A stretch of 58,594 bases of DNA from a virus. Taxonomy: Duplodnaviria > Caudoviricetes. Positions 19,338-28,877 of this stretch are shown here, one piece after another. The translations under genes were made by a program, and so were the position numbers. Location: IMG/VR virus record IMGVR_UViG_3300025520_000140, positions 1 to 58,594 of that record. One strand, 5' to 3'. Within the stretch, counting starts at the first letter, position 1. Every line of letters starts with the position of its first letter. The notes beneath the pieces were generated by a model. That model had not been told where the DNA came from. It did not search any database and was given only the letters and a program-made list of their open reading frames with translations.

Positions 19338-20027
19338 TTAGTGGGAAATTAATGAGAGCCGCTTATCCAGCGACTCGATGGGGGTACCCGTTTTCGGTTT
19401 GGCCTTGGGGATTTTCCCAAGCAGGGAGTTGGCGACCGCCATGCGGCTGAAGATCAGGCCTTCTCCTGAGTCCTTCGGGTCCTCGCCGGATGTGAACAGG
19501 ATTTTGTCCGCAAAGCCAAGTTCCACAGCTTTTTTGGCGTTCATCCAGGTTTCCGCGTCCATCAGGTGGGAGAGTTTCACCCTTGAGAGGCCGGATTTCA
19601 GCTCATAAGCGTTGATGATGCTCTCCTTGACCTCATCCAGCAAGGCCTTAGCGCGGAGCATCTCCTCACTGTCGCCGATGGCGATGGTCGAGGGGTTGTG
19701 GATCATCAGCATGGAGACGGGCGACATGTACACCTCGCCGCCGGCCATGGCGATGACCGAGGCGGCGCTGGCGGCCAAGCCGTCAATTTTGACGGTGACC
19801 TGCCCGGCATAGTCCATGAGCATGTTGTAAATTTGCGCCGCCGCGAAAACATCGCCGCCGGGAGAGTTGATCCACACCGTGATGTCGCCCGCGCCCGCCA
19901 ACAGCTCGCCCTTAAACAGCTTGGGCGTCACCTCGTCGCCCCACCAGGATTCCTCGGCGATGGGGCCGTTAAGATAGAGGGTGCGCTCTTCGTCCGAATT
20001 GCGCACCCAGTTCCAGAATTTCCTCAT
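19338..20027 (-). CDS. ClpP-type head maturation protease
   Basis: INSPGGDVF, GLAASAASVIA, MIHNP, ETWM. Confidence 0.95.
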   Translation of the reverse strand: MRKFWNWVRNSDEERTLYLNGPIAEESWWGDEVTPKLFKGELLAGAGDITVWINSPGGDVFAAAQIYNMLMDYAGQVTVKIDGLAASAASVIAMAGGEVYMSPVSMLMIHNPSTIAIGDSEEMLRAKALLDEVKESIINAYELKSGLSRVKLSHLMDAETWMNAKKAVELGFADKILFTSGEDPKDSGEGLIFSRMAVANSLLGKIPKAKPKTGTPIESLDKRLSLISH

Positions 20028-21277
20028 GTGCTGACCTCCTTCGGTTGATGGTTGGCAAAGACGCCCGCCTCAGCCAGCTTCGTCATATTGCCGTTGACCA
20101 GATACAAGTCCCCGCCCTCCTCGGCGGGGATGCGGTTCATATCCTCAAGTTCGCGGATGTCGTTCGCCGACAGCCAGCCGTTCTGTCGTCCCGTGGCGTA
20201 ACCGGTCATGCGGCTTTGGTAGTCGCCCCGCAGCAGCCCGTCCACATTGAACCGCACAAAGTAGCGGGGCTTTTCCGAAGGCAGGAGGAGGGACTGCTGC
20301 AAAGCCTGTTCCCAGCGCACCACCCACGGGTCGAGGGTGTACTTGACGAATTCCAGCGACTGCTGCTCGATATTGGAAAAGCTCGACTTCTCAAGGTCGC
20401 CGACCATGTGGGGCGGGACACGGAAAATGCGGGCGATCTCATTGATCTGGAATTTGCGTGTCTCCAGAAACTGCGCCTGTTCCGGCGGGATGCCGATGGC
20501 CTGGAATTTCATGCCCTCTTCCAGCACGGCGATGCGGTGGGCGTTGCCGCTCCCCTGATAGACCGCGTTCCAGCTTTCCCGCACCCTTTTGGGGTCTTTG
20601 ACCACGCCCGGATGCTCCAGCACGCCGCCTGGATTGGCTCCGTTGGCGAAGAAGGAGGCGCCGTACTCCTCCGTCGCCATGGCCATGCCGATGGCGTTCT
20701 TGGCAATGGCGATGGGCGAGTAGCCGACCAGCCCGTCAAAGCCAAGGCCGGGGATATGCAAGACCTCGTCCCGGCGCAGGGTCACTGTTCCGCTATCCGG
20801 GTTAATCCGGCTTTCCTCGGCGTCGCGGCGGTAGGTATAGGTTAGTTCGCCGTTTGCGGCTCTCGCCACATCCATCTTGTTCGGCAGCAGGGGGTAGAGG
20901 GCCATTACCTGGCCGCGCCCGTCCCGGATCACCTGCGCGTAGGCGTTGCCCCAAAGCAGAAGATGGCTCATCAGCGTTTCCCTGAACACAAATGAAGTCA
21001 TCTCCGGGTTTGGTTCGCTATGGAGGAGGTAGTACAGCCGGTGCCCCACCGCTTTCTCCTTGCCGCCATCGGCTTTGTAGCGGTATACGCGAAGCGGCAG
21101 CCCGGCTATAGCTTCGGCCAGTATGCGCACGCAGGCATACACCGCCGTGGCCTGCATGGCTGTCCGCTCGTTGACCATCTTGCCGCTGGCCGTGCCGCCG
21201 AACAGGAAGGAGAACCCGCTGCCCACGCGGTTTTGCGGCCTATCCCGCGTTCGGAACAGCCGGGAAAATATGCTCAT
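20024..21277 (-). CDS. HK97-family portal protein
   Basis: AVYACVRILAE, LLLWGNAY, QFLETRKFQ..EIARIFRVPP. Confidence 0.95.
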   Translation of the reverse strand: MSIFSRLFRTRDRPQNRVGSGFSFLFGGTASGKMVNERTAMQATAVYACVRILAEAIAGLPLRVYRYKADGGKEKAVGHRLYYLLHSEPNPEMTSFVFRETLMSHLLLWGNAYAQVIRDGRGQVMALYPLLPNKMDVARAANGELTYTYRRDAEESRINPDSGTVTLRRDEVLHIPGLGFDGLVGYSPIAIAKNAIGMAMATEEYGASFFANGANPGGVLEHPGVVKDPKRVRESWNAVYQGSGNAHRIAVLEEGMKFQAIGIPPEQAQFLETRKFQINEIARIFRVPPHMVGDLEKSSFSNIEQQSLEFVKYTLDPWVVRWEQALQQSLLLPSEKPRYFVRFNVDGLLRGDYQSRMTGYATGRQNGWLSANDIRELEDMNRIPAEEGGDLYLVNGNMTKLAEAGVFANHQPKEVST

Positions 21278-22884
21278 AAGATCAATAACCCCCTCTCATC
21301 ATAGACTGAAGCGCCGCCATCGCCGGAGCCGCAGCGCAGGGCCCGGTCAAGCGCCATAATAGTCGCCACCGCGCCATCGATTCGTTCCGTGGATTTTTCT
21401 TTGTCTGGCTTGATGTTGCCGGCGGGATCGGTGCGAATGTAGATATTGTCCATCATCCAGCGCAGCACCGGATGCCCGCCGTGGGCGATTTTCTCCTCCA
21501 GCGTCAACTTCATCAGCTCCTTGGTGGGCGGCGACATATCCTTAAAGCCCTGCCCAAAGGGGACGACAGTAAAGCCCAGCCCCTCAAGGTTCTGTACCAT
21601 CTGCACCGCGCCCCAGCGGTCAAAGGCGATTTCGCGGATGTTGTACTTTTCGCCTAAGTTTTCAATGAATCGCTCGATGAAGCCGTAATGCACCACGTTC
21701 CCCTCGGTGGTCAGCAAATATCCCTGCTTCTCCCAGTGGTCGTACTGCACATGGTCTCGCCGCACCCGCAGGCCGATATTGTTCTCCGGCATCCAGAAGA
21801 AGGGGAGGACGCTGTATTTGCCGTCCTCATCTTCCGGCGGGAACACCAGCACAAAGGCGGTAATGTCAGTAGTAGAGGAGAGGTCAAGCCCGCCGTAGCA
21901 GACCCGCCCCTCGAGGCTCGCCGCATCCACCGGGAAGGCGCAGGCATCCCATTTCGCCATGGGCATCCAACGGACGGCCTGTTTGACCCATTGATTCAGG
22001 CGCAATTGCCGGAAGCTATTCTCCTCGGCGGGGTTCTGTTTGGCCGACTCGCAGGCCGCCCTCACTTTGTCCATGCCCACCGTAATGCCTAAACTTGGGT
22101 TCACTTTCTTCCACACCTTGGGGTCAGTCCAGTCGTCGTCCTCCTTCGCCCCGTAGATCACGGGATAGAAGGTGGGGTCGCGCTTCCTGCCTTCGAGGAT
22201 ATCTTTGGCCTTCTGGTGCGTCTCGTAGCAGATGCTCTGGTTGTCCGTTCCCGCCGTGGTAATCAGGAAGTAGAGCGGCTGCCGCCGCGCGTCGCCGGAG
22301 CCTTTGGTCATCACGTCAAAGAGCTTGCGGTTAGGCTGGGTATGCAACTCGTCGAACACAACGCCGTGGATGTTGAAACCGTGCTTGGAGTACGCCTCCG
22401 CGCTCAGCACCTGGTAGAAGCTGTTGGTCGGCAGGTATACCAGCCGTTTGGTGGATGCGAGCAATTTCACTCGCTTTGACAGCGCCGGGCACATCCGCAC
22501 CATATCGGCAGCCACCTCGAACACGATGGAGGCCTGCTGGCGGTCGGCGGCGCAGCCGTACACCTCGGCGCGCTCCTCGCCGTCGCCGCAGGTAAGCAGC
22601 AGGGCGATGGCGGCGGCCAGTTCAGACTTACCTTGTTTTTTGGGGATCTCCACATAGGCCGTGTTGAACTGCCTGCAGCCGTTGGGCTTGAGGATGCCGA
22701 AAAGGTCGCGGACAATCTGCTCCTGCCAGTCGATCAGTTCAAAGGGCTTCCCCGCCCAGGCGCCTTTGGTGTGGGAGAGGGCCTGGATAAAAGAAACGGC
22801 GTAATCGGCGGCGGCCTTCTCGTAGTACGAGCCTTCCGCCATGAAGGAGGTCGGCCTGTATTTTTTCAGTTTGCGCATAGGCAC
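21274..22884 (-). CDS. terL: Terminase large subunit
   Basis: IPKKQGKS Walker A, VVFDELH Walker B, GGLDLS nuclease motif, RIDGAVA. Confidence 0.95.
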   Translation of the reverse strand: MPMRKLKKYRPTSFMAEGSYYEKAAADYAVSFIQALSHTKGAWAGKPFELIDWQEQIVRDLFGILKPNGCRQFNTAYVEIPKKQGKSELAAAIALLLTCGDGEERAEVYGCAADRQQASIVFEVAADMVRMCPALSKRVKLLASTKRLVYLPTNSFYQVLSAEAYSKHGFNIHGVVFDELHTQPNRKLFDVMTKGSGDARRQPLYFLITTAGTDNQSICYETHQKAKDILEGRKRDPTFYPVIYGAKEDDDWTDPKVWKKVNPSLGITVGMDKVRAACESAKQNPAEENSFRQLRLNQWVKQAVRWMPMAKWDACAFPVDAASLEGRVCYGGLDLSSTTDITAFVLVFPPEDEDGKYSVLPFFWMPENNIGLRVRRDHVQYDHWEKQGYLLTTEGNVVHYGFIERFIENLGEKYNIREIAFDRWGAVQMVQNLEGLGFTVVPFGQGFKDMSPPTKELMKLTLEEKIAHGGHPVLRWMMDNIYIRTDPAGNIKPDKEKSTERIDGAVATIMALDRALRCGSGDGGASVYDERGLLIL

Positions 22885-22901
22885 CGCCTCCTTTTTTGGG
22901 C

Positions 22902-22930
22902 AAAAGAAAAGAGCCTCCGCAGGAAGCTCT
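22902..22930 (-). terminator. Intrinsic terminator closing the amidoligase-GGCT unit
   Basis: Minus strand AGAGCTTCC-TGC-GGAGGCTCT then TTTCTTTT. Confidence 0.8.
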
Positions 22931-22958
22931 GTTTCTAATTGTTGTCGTTGATTATGAT

Positions 22959-23144
22959 TTATTCCATGTCCGCTTCACCGGTCAGGATAAAGCGGCTGTA
23001 CTCGGCTTTGTGCTCCTCCAGGTACAGCACAAGTTCGTAGAAGCCGCGCACATATGCCTCGTGCTGGACGCGCGGCAGGTCAAACATATTGGTGACGCCG
23101 CTGTCCCGGATGGCGAGGATCTGCTCCTTTATCTTTTCATTCAT
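22959..23144 (-). CDS. DUF5049-like small protein
   Basis: MNEKIKEQILAIRDSGVTNMFD...FILTG. Confidence 0.75.
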   Translation of the reverse strand: MNEKIKEQILAIRDSGVTNMFDLPRVQHEAYVRGFYELVLYLEEHKAEYSRFILTGEADME

Positions 23145-23601
23145 AGGCGGTTTCCTCCGTTTCCGCGGAATCGATGGTCGCCTGGCGCAGGATCTCCACA
23201 TCGAAGCCCGCGTCCCTGTAGCCTTCGAGGATAACCGAGTAATAATAGCAGCTTGGCTGGCCAAGCGGCCTGCCCTCGTTCATGACATACACCATCGCGC
23301 TGACGGTCTTGCCACTTAGCTTCACTTTCACCGTTTCCTTGCGGTAAAAGAACGGCCAGCCCTCGTAGCGGTCGAGCGCCACTTCGTCAGCCGGGGTGAT
23401 CTCCCAGACCAGTACGGGGACGCTGCCGCTTGGGCAAGGCTCCACCGTCGCCACCGCGTTTTCGCGCGCGCCCCGGAACAGGAGCCGCCAGCCATCCATC
23501 ATGCTTGCCCCCAGCACCCTCGCCGTGGGGCATCTGTCCGCCATCTGCTCCCGGTTTAAGTTGGAACCGTAGGCGATGTACAGCTTGTTGCGCTTATCCA
23601 T
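23137..23601 (-). CDS. Gamma-glutamylcyclotransferase (AIG2-like)
   Basis: YIAYGSNL, LDRYEG.P.FY. Confidence 0.9.
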   Translation of the reverse strand: MDKRNKLYIAYGSNLNREQMADRCPTARVLGASMMDGWRLLFRGARENAVATVEPCPSGSVPVLVWEITPADEVALDRYEGWPFFYRKETVKVKLSGKTVSAMVYVMNEGRPLGQPSCYYYSVILEGYRDAGFDVEILRQATIDSAETEETAYE

Positions 23602-23638
23602 TGTCCATGCCCTCCTTGCTCTTGGCTGCGGGGGCGGC

Positions 23639-24538
23639 TCAGGCCGCCCGAAACCGCCAGGCCGCCGAGCCGTTTAAGTGTGCGGTCAAGTGCTCCCGAC
23701 AGTTGGCGAACTCCTCGCCGATGAAGCCAATGCGGTTTAGGTAGGTCCGCATGGCGAATTTTTCGTTCTCGGCCTGAGGCTTTTTTGCTGAGGCGCATTT
23801 TTGCGTCAGCGCCTGGTGATTCAAGGCCAGGGCGAGGACTATGTAGCTGCGAATTTTGCCGGCGTGAAGCTCGCTGTTGAAACCTCTCAGCTCGACCGTG
23901 CGGTTGCCTGTGAAAAAGCTGTGCAGGTTGAGGAAATGGTACCGGCTGTGGTGGTAATGCCGGTCGCGGCTTTCACTGTAGCCCTCGTACCAGATCTCCT
24001 CAATCGTCCGCAGGGTTTTAGGTCTGCGCCTGTTCATCTTCTCCACCAGCAGGCTGTCCATCTTCTTGCAGTAGCTCATCCGCTCCGGCGCAATCTGCAG
24101 CGCTTTGTAGAAAAGGTCGTTCTTGCTGGCGATGATGTTCACGAAGTTGCGGATGCTGCGCGGCGTGTGGCTTGCCCCGTCAAGGTGGAGGTGGATGCCG
24201 CAGGTGGCGCTGGCGAAGGCTCCGGCCTTGCGCAGTTTGCGCACCAGCTCCTGCAGGGTGGCGATATCCTCGCGGTAGGTGAGGATGGGGCTGACCAGCT
24301 CCACGCTGTATTCGCGGCTGGCCGGAACCCGCTGCCGCCCTTGCCTCATTTGGCAGGTGATGCTGCCGTCGCTCATAAATTTCCAAACCCTGCCGTCCGG
24401 TGCCGTGACCTTCTTGGTGTCGTAGGAGTCGCCTGCGCTTGTCACCGTTCCGCTGAGGTGTTCCGCCGCGATGCGCGCCGCCTCGCTTCTGGTGATGCCC
24501 GTGAACTCGATCTCAATCCCGAATCTTCCCGTTAGCAT
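23639..24538 (-). CDS. Amidoligase (COOH-NH2 ligase fold, Amidoligase_2-like)
   Basis: FGIEIE, DGSI, ELVSP, CGIHLH, RY..LN, TVELR. Confidence 0.88.
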   Translation of the reverse strand: MLTGRFGIEIEFTGITRSEAARIAAEHLSGTVTSAGDSYDTKKVTAPDGRVWKFMSDGSITCQMRQGRQRVPASREYSVELVSPILTYREDIATLQELVRKLRKAGAFASATCGIHLHLDGASHTPRSIRNFVNIIASKNDLFYKALQIAPERMSYCKKMDSLLVEKMNRRRPKTLRTIEEIWYEGYSESRDRHYHHSRYHFLNLHSFFTGNRTVELRGFNSELHAGKIRSYIVLALALNHQALTQKCASAKKPQAENEKFAMRTYLNRIGFIGEEFANCREHLTAHLNGSAAWRFRAA

Positions 24539-24587
24539 GCTGTTTATCCTCCTTTAAGGGCGTTTGTGGTGTGCCTTCCGGCATACA

Positions 24588-24619
24588 CATATATCACTCT
24601 GAAAGGGGATAATAGCAAG
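24588..24619 (-). promoter_or_regulatory. Repeated motif A copy 2
   Basis: CTTGCTAT-N10-CAGAGTGATATATG upstream of the amidoligase RBS. Confidence 0.7.
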
Positions 24620-24656
24620 CTATTTCTGCGGAAAAAGCACATAAATATCAGGGATT

Positions 24657-24881
24657 TCACAGCTTTTTTACCGCGTCCTCGCCGTAGACCACGCCAAGGC
24701 GAGAGCCGCTGTCCCAGATGCAAAACAGGGTGCCGCTGTCGTCGACGAAGTCCACGGTTCCCTTGTCGCCGGGCTGCAGCCTGGAGTAGGGGTCGTTCAT
24801 GCGCACCAGCTCCACGCGGGTGCCGTGGGGATACTCTTTGCGCAGCCGCTCCACCATTTCTTTCGAGGGGAACTTAGGCAT
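24657..24881 (-). CDS. DUF4314-like small protein
   Basis: YP.GTRVELV.M.DPY...G..GTV..VDD.G...WD.GS.L. Confidence 0.8.
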   Translation of the reverse strand: MPKFPSKEMVERLRKEYPHGTRVELVRMNDPYSRLQPGDKGTVDFVDDSGTLFCIWDSGSRLGVVYGEDAVKKL

Positions 24882-25548
24882 CGGCGTCCACCTCCGTTTT
24901 GGCAGGGGCGCCGCTCTTAAACGCGCTGTTACCGGAGAGGTTTTTTAAAAGGATTTTCCGCGCCTCCTTGTAATCGTCGCCCACAAAGCCGAGGCGAAGG
25001 AGGAATACCCGGAAGGCGTACTTCTCGTTCTCCACCGCTTTTTCCCTGCCTGTGACCCGTTTCTGCTCCTTGGCCGCCGCGCACAGGGCGCCGATGAAGC
25101 GGGAGTAGGCGGCGACTGTTGCGCCATCTATGCCGAACTTAAACCAGGGGAACTTCAGCGTCGTTTCCGACCGCTCGACGGGGAGAGAGTCCGCGCCGAC
25201 GGCTTTCTTAATCAGCGCCGCCTTGCCGGCGATGAGCCGGTCGAGGTTCTCCAGCTCAGCCTCGGAGAAGCCCGCCAGCGGCATCTCGATGGTCAGCGTA
25301 TCGGGGTCGATTTCCACTTCTGCCGGGACAAAGCCCATCTCCCGCAACTTGCCGAGCAGATGCAGTATGGCCGCCTCGTCCGTGCGCTCATCCCAGGTAA
25401 GGGTGCCATTGCGGCTGATGGTGATATTGCTGACCACATAGCCGAAGCTTGGCGCTCCCTTGTAGACCGGCTCCCAGCCGAGGGCTTCTCCTGCCGCCTT
25501 GACGAGCGCTTTGCGGGCCTCGCCGGTTACTTTGAATTTTACTTCCAT
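24874..25548 (-). CDS. Conserved phage protein of unknown function
   Basis: ENEKYAFR.FLLRLGF.G..YK.ARK.LL.NL.GNSAF; this tail resembles the amidoligase C-terminus. Confidence 0.75.
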   Translation of the reverse strand: MEVKFKVTGEARKALVKAAGEALGWEPVYKGAPSFGYVVSNITISRNGTLTWDERTDEAAILHLLGKLREMGFVPAEVEIDPDTLTIEMPLAGFSEAELENLDRLIAGKAALIKKAVGADSLPVERSETTLKFPWFKFGIDGATVAAYSRFIGALCAAAKEQKRVTGREKAVENEKYAFRVFLLRLGFVGDDYKEARKILLKNLSGNSAFKSGAPAKTEVDADA

Positions 25549-25581
25549 TTTTCATAAGCCTCCTTAGCTTCTTGGTGACTA

Positions 25582-25613
25582 CATATATCACTCTGAAGCT
25601 GTGGAATAGCAAG
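25582..25613 (-). promoter_or_regulatory. Repeated motif A copy 3
   Basis: Same blocks and spacing as copies 1 and 2. Confidence 0.7.
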
Positions 25614-25637
25614 TTATTTATGCGAAATATGAGGGAA

Positions 25638-26882
25638 TTATTGTGCAGCGGATCGCAACTGCTCCACGTCGCCAAAAGCTGCCTTCACGCCGTTCCGGAT
25701 AAGGAATATATTCTCCGCGCCGCCCACCTGCTCGATGTACCTTTTGACGATCACGTCGCAGAACTTTTCGTCCAGCTCCACCGTGTAACAAACCCTGTCC
25801 GTCTGCTCGCAAGCGATGAGGGTGGAGCCGCTCCCACCGAAGGGGTCGAGCACGATACAGCCCGTCAGGCTGGAGTTGAGTATTGGGTAAGCCAAAAGCG
25901 GCACCGGCTTCATTGTGGGGTGGTCGGCGTTCTTCCGGGGCTTGTCAAACTCCCAGATGGTCGACTGCTTGCGGTCAGAGTACCAGGCGTGCTTGCCGGA
26001 CTTCTTCCAGCCAAAGAGGATCGGTTCGTGCTGCCAGTGGTATGGCGAACGCCCCAGCACCAGCGACTGCTTCTTCCAGATGCATGCGCCGGAGAGGTAG
26101 AAACCGGCGTCCGCAAAGGCCTTACGGAAGTTTAGCCCTTCGGTGTCGGCGTGGAAGACATAGATGCTCGCGTCTTTGGCCATCGCCTTTTCGGTCAGCG
26201 TAAAAGCATCCAGCAGAAAACGATAGAAGGCTTCATCCGCCATGTGGTCGTTTTTGATCTTGCCCGCCGCGCCTTCATAATTGACATTATATGGAGGGTC
26301 GGTCACCGTGAGGTTGGCGAGCTTGCCGTCCATAAGCAGGGTGAAGGTTTCGGCGCGGGTGGAATCGCCGCAGACAAGGCGGTGCCTGCCTAAAAGCCAC
26401 AGGTCGCCCGGCTTCGTCACCGCGGGTTTCCGCAGCTCGCTCTCCACATCAAAATCGTCGTCTTTTACGCCGTCCGCAATGGTGTCCTTGAACAGCACGT
26501 CGATTTCGGCGGGGTCAAAGCCGGTAAGCGAAAGATCAAAGTCCGCCCCCTGCAGGTCGGCGATGACCAGGGCCAGCTTCTCCTGGTCCCAGTCGCCCTG
26601 AATCTTATTGAGGGCGAGGTTGAGCGCCTTTTCCTTTGCGGCGTCCAGTTCCACCACCACGCAGTCGATGTCGGCAGCGCCGTCCGCCAGCAGTATTTTT
26701 AGCCGCTGGTGCCCGCCTACCACATTGCCTGTGGTCTTGTTCCAGACGACAGGTTCCACATAGCCAAACTCCGCCATGGAGCGGCGGAGCTTCTCGTATT
26801 CCGCGTCGCCTGGTTTTAAGTCTTTACGGGGATTGTATTTTGCCGCCTTAATTTTTGTGACGGGGATTTTTTGTATCTCCAA
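25638..26882 (-). CDS. ParB-N-fused DNA methyltransferase (N6/N4, DPPY)
   Basis: YNPRK...GGHQR ParB-like domain; TDPPY; HPTMKP; DPFGGSGST. Confidence 0.92.
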   Translation of the reverse strand: MEIQKIPVTKIKAAKYNPRKDLKPGDAEYEKLRRSMAEFGYVEPVVWNKTTGNVVGGHQRLKILLADGAADIDCVVVELDAAKEKALNLALNKIQGDWDQEKLALVIADLQGADFDLSLTGFDPAEIDVLFKDTIADGVKDDDFDVESELRKPAVTKPGDLWLLGRHRLVCGDSTRAETFTLLMDGKLANLTVTDPPYNVNYEGAAGKIKNDHMADEAFYRFLLDAFTLTEKAMAKDASIYVFHADTEGLNFRKAFADAGFYLSGACIWKKQSLVLGRSPYHWQHEPILFGWKKSGKHAWYSDRKQSTIWEFDKPRKNADHPTMKPVPLLAYPILNSSLTGCIVLDPFGGSGSTLIACEQTDRVCYTVELDEKFCDVIVKRYIEQVGGAENIFLIRNGVKAAFGDVEQLRSAAQ

Positions 26883-26885
26883 GCC

Positions 26886-28184
26886 TTATCCCTCCAGTTT
26901 GAGCGCTTTTGCGCCGGTGAAAGCCTCCCAGCGTTTGACCGCCAAGTCGCAGTAAACGGGGGATAGCTCCATGGCGCAGCAGCGGCGCTCGGTCTGCTCC
27001 GCCGCGATGATGGTGGTGCCGCTGCCGGAGAACGGCTCCAAAACAATGCCGCCCCGGTCTGAGTGCATCTTGATGCAGCGCCAGGGCAGCTCCACCGGGA
27101 ACATGGCCGGATGCTCCTTATTGGCGCGCACCGTGGTCATCTCCCAGATACCAGCGTAGCCCCATTTTTTGCGCTCGTCTTTAGTCAGCCGCTTGACGAA
27201 GCGGTAGCTGTGCCCGGCGAAAGCCGAAAGCCACAGATATTCCTGATCGTTATACTCCTCGGCCTCGCCGTTTTTGCTGAAGGTTGAAATGTACTCGTAC
27301 TGCTGCACCGGTTTGTTGGAAACGAGGTGATAAGGGCCGACGCCGAAATTCATCCCTTGCTTTTTCCAAACGCGGATCCAGATCGGGCGGTAGCCGTTTT
27401 CGACAAACATATTGACGGAATAGACGCTGGTCGGCTCGATGAACTGGGAGCCGGTGGCGTATAGGTCGCCTAAGTTCCAGCAGACGATGTCCGCGTATCT
27501 GCACAGGTTCTTGATCACCGGCCGGATGGTTTGAAACCACGGCTCGATGCCCGCCTTTTCATATTCCTTGCCCACGCCGTAAGGCGGCGAGGTGACCGCT
27601 GCCTGGGCGCGGCCGCCGTCCATGAGCTTGGCAAAATCAGCCGCGCTGGTGGAGTCGCCGCACATCAGGCGGTGTCTCCCCAAAAGCCAGATATCCCCCG
27701 GCAATGTTTGCGCGCCTTCGACTTCGATGCGTTCCTTTTCCTTGTCCACATCGAAGTCGTCCTGCACCGCTTCCTTGGCGTGCCAGCGATTGAGCAGCTC
27801 GTCGACCTCCGCGGCGTCAAAGCCGGTGAGGGAGACGTCGAAGGCGCCCGCGTCAAGCTCCGCCATCAACTCCGCCAGCTTGTTTTCGTCCCAGTCGCCC
27901 TGAATTTTGTTGAGGGCGAGGTTGAGCGCCTTTTCTTTCTGCGGGTCAAGCTCCACCACCACGCAGTCGATCTCGCTGTGGCCTAAATCAAGCAGCACCT
28001 TCAGGCGCTGGTGGCCGCCCACCACATTGCCGGTCCGGCGATTAAAGATTACCGGCTCCACATAGCCGAATTCCTCGATGGAGCGGCGGAGCTTTTGATA
28101 TTCCTTATCGCCGGGCCTTAAATCCTTGCGCGGGTTGTATTGGGCGGGCCTTAGAAGCTCCGCCTTGATTTTTTCTATCTTCAT
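26886..28184 (-). CDS. Second ParB-N-fused DNA methyltransferase (SPPY)
   Basis: YNPRK...GGHQR; TSPPY; HPAMFP; EPFSGSGTT; ATGA-coupled start. Confidence 0.9.
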   Translation of the reverse strand: MKIEKIKAELLRPAQYNPRKDLRPGDKEYQKLRRSIEEFGYVEPVIFNRRTGNVVGGHQRLKVLLDLGHSEIDCVVVELDPQKEKALNLALNKIQGDWDENKLAELMAELDAGAFDVSLTGFDAAEVDELLNRWHAKEAVQDDFDVDKEKERIEVEGAQTLPGDIWLLGRHRLMCGDSTSAADFAKLMDGGRAQAAVTSPPYGVGKEYEKAGIEPWFQTIRPVIKNLCRYADIVCWNLGDLYATGSQFIEPTSVYSVNMFVENGYRPIWIRVWKKQGMNFGVGPYHLVSNKPVQQYEYISTFSKNGEAEEYNDQEYLWLSAFAGHSYRFVKRLTKDERKKWGYAGIWEMTTVRANKEHPAMFPVELPWRCIKMHSDRGGIVLEPFSGSGTTIIAAEQTERRCCAMELSPVYCDLAVKRWEAFTGAKALKLEG

Positions 28185-28762
28185 CTGTCGCCCCTCCTGG
28201 CGGAGAGCAGCCTCTCCATCACGTCGTCCTGCGGATTGCCGACAAAAGCGGTGGTGCAGTTTTGCTTGACGATGTCGAAAATCTCGTACCAGAGAAGGTT
28301 CGCCTGCTTCTGGAACGACTGACTCATCTGCACGAACGGGCTGGCTATGGCGCCGCCCGTGGTCGGGTGCTTGCCCAAAAGCCCGTAGGTGCTGATGGCT
28401 TCCTCGCACTGGATGTAGCGCGTGAAGGCCTGGGCGTAGGCTTCAATCAGCCGCGGGTTGACGAATTTCTCACAGCCGCGATCTTTTAGCCATTTCCACG
28501 TCTCAATGAACAGCGCGTCCGCGCCGAGCGGTTTTCCGTCTCTTTGCCGTGCGCTTAAGTAGTCGCTTGGGGCGGGCATATCCTCGCCGAATAAATCCGC
28601 CGTGCCGCCCAGTTCGCCCGCTTCAAGCAGCGGCTCAGGAGGCAGTTTAGGGGGTTCCAAAACGCGGGCGGCCTTGCCCGCCGTGATTTTCTCCGCGAGG
28701 GGCTGCGGCTTGTCGCCAGCGCGCACGCGGCGGCCGCCCCTGTTTGTTCCGTCTTTTGCCAC
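28181..28762 (-). CDS. Terminase small subunit (P27-family-like)
   Basis: MAKDGTNRGGRR..AG.K, HPTTG..IASP; follows HNH. Confidence 0.8.
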   Translation of the reverse strand: MAKDGTNRGGRRVRAGDKPQPLAEKITAGKAARVLEPPKLPPEPLLEAGELGGTADLFGEDMPAPSDYLSARQRDGKPLGADALFIETWKWLKDRGCEKFVNPRLIEAYAQAFTRYIQCEEAISTYGLLGKHPTTGGAIASPFVQMSQSFQKQANLLWYEIFDIVKQNCTTAFVGNPQDDVMERLLSARRGDR

Positions 28763-28877
28763 GCGCCCTCACCTCCTTGCCGCGGCGGGGCTTAATCCCC
28801 TGTTTGAACCGTGATTTTTTCGCGCGATGCCCGCCGCCCGTTGCCCGGGGCGAGGGTTGCAGAGATTTTGACCGCCC

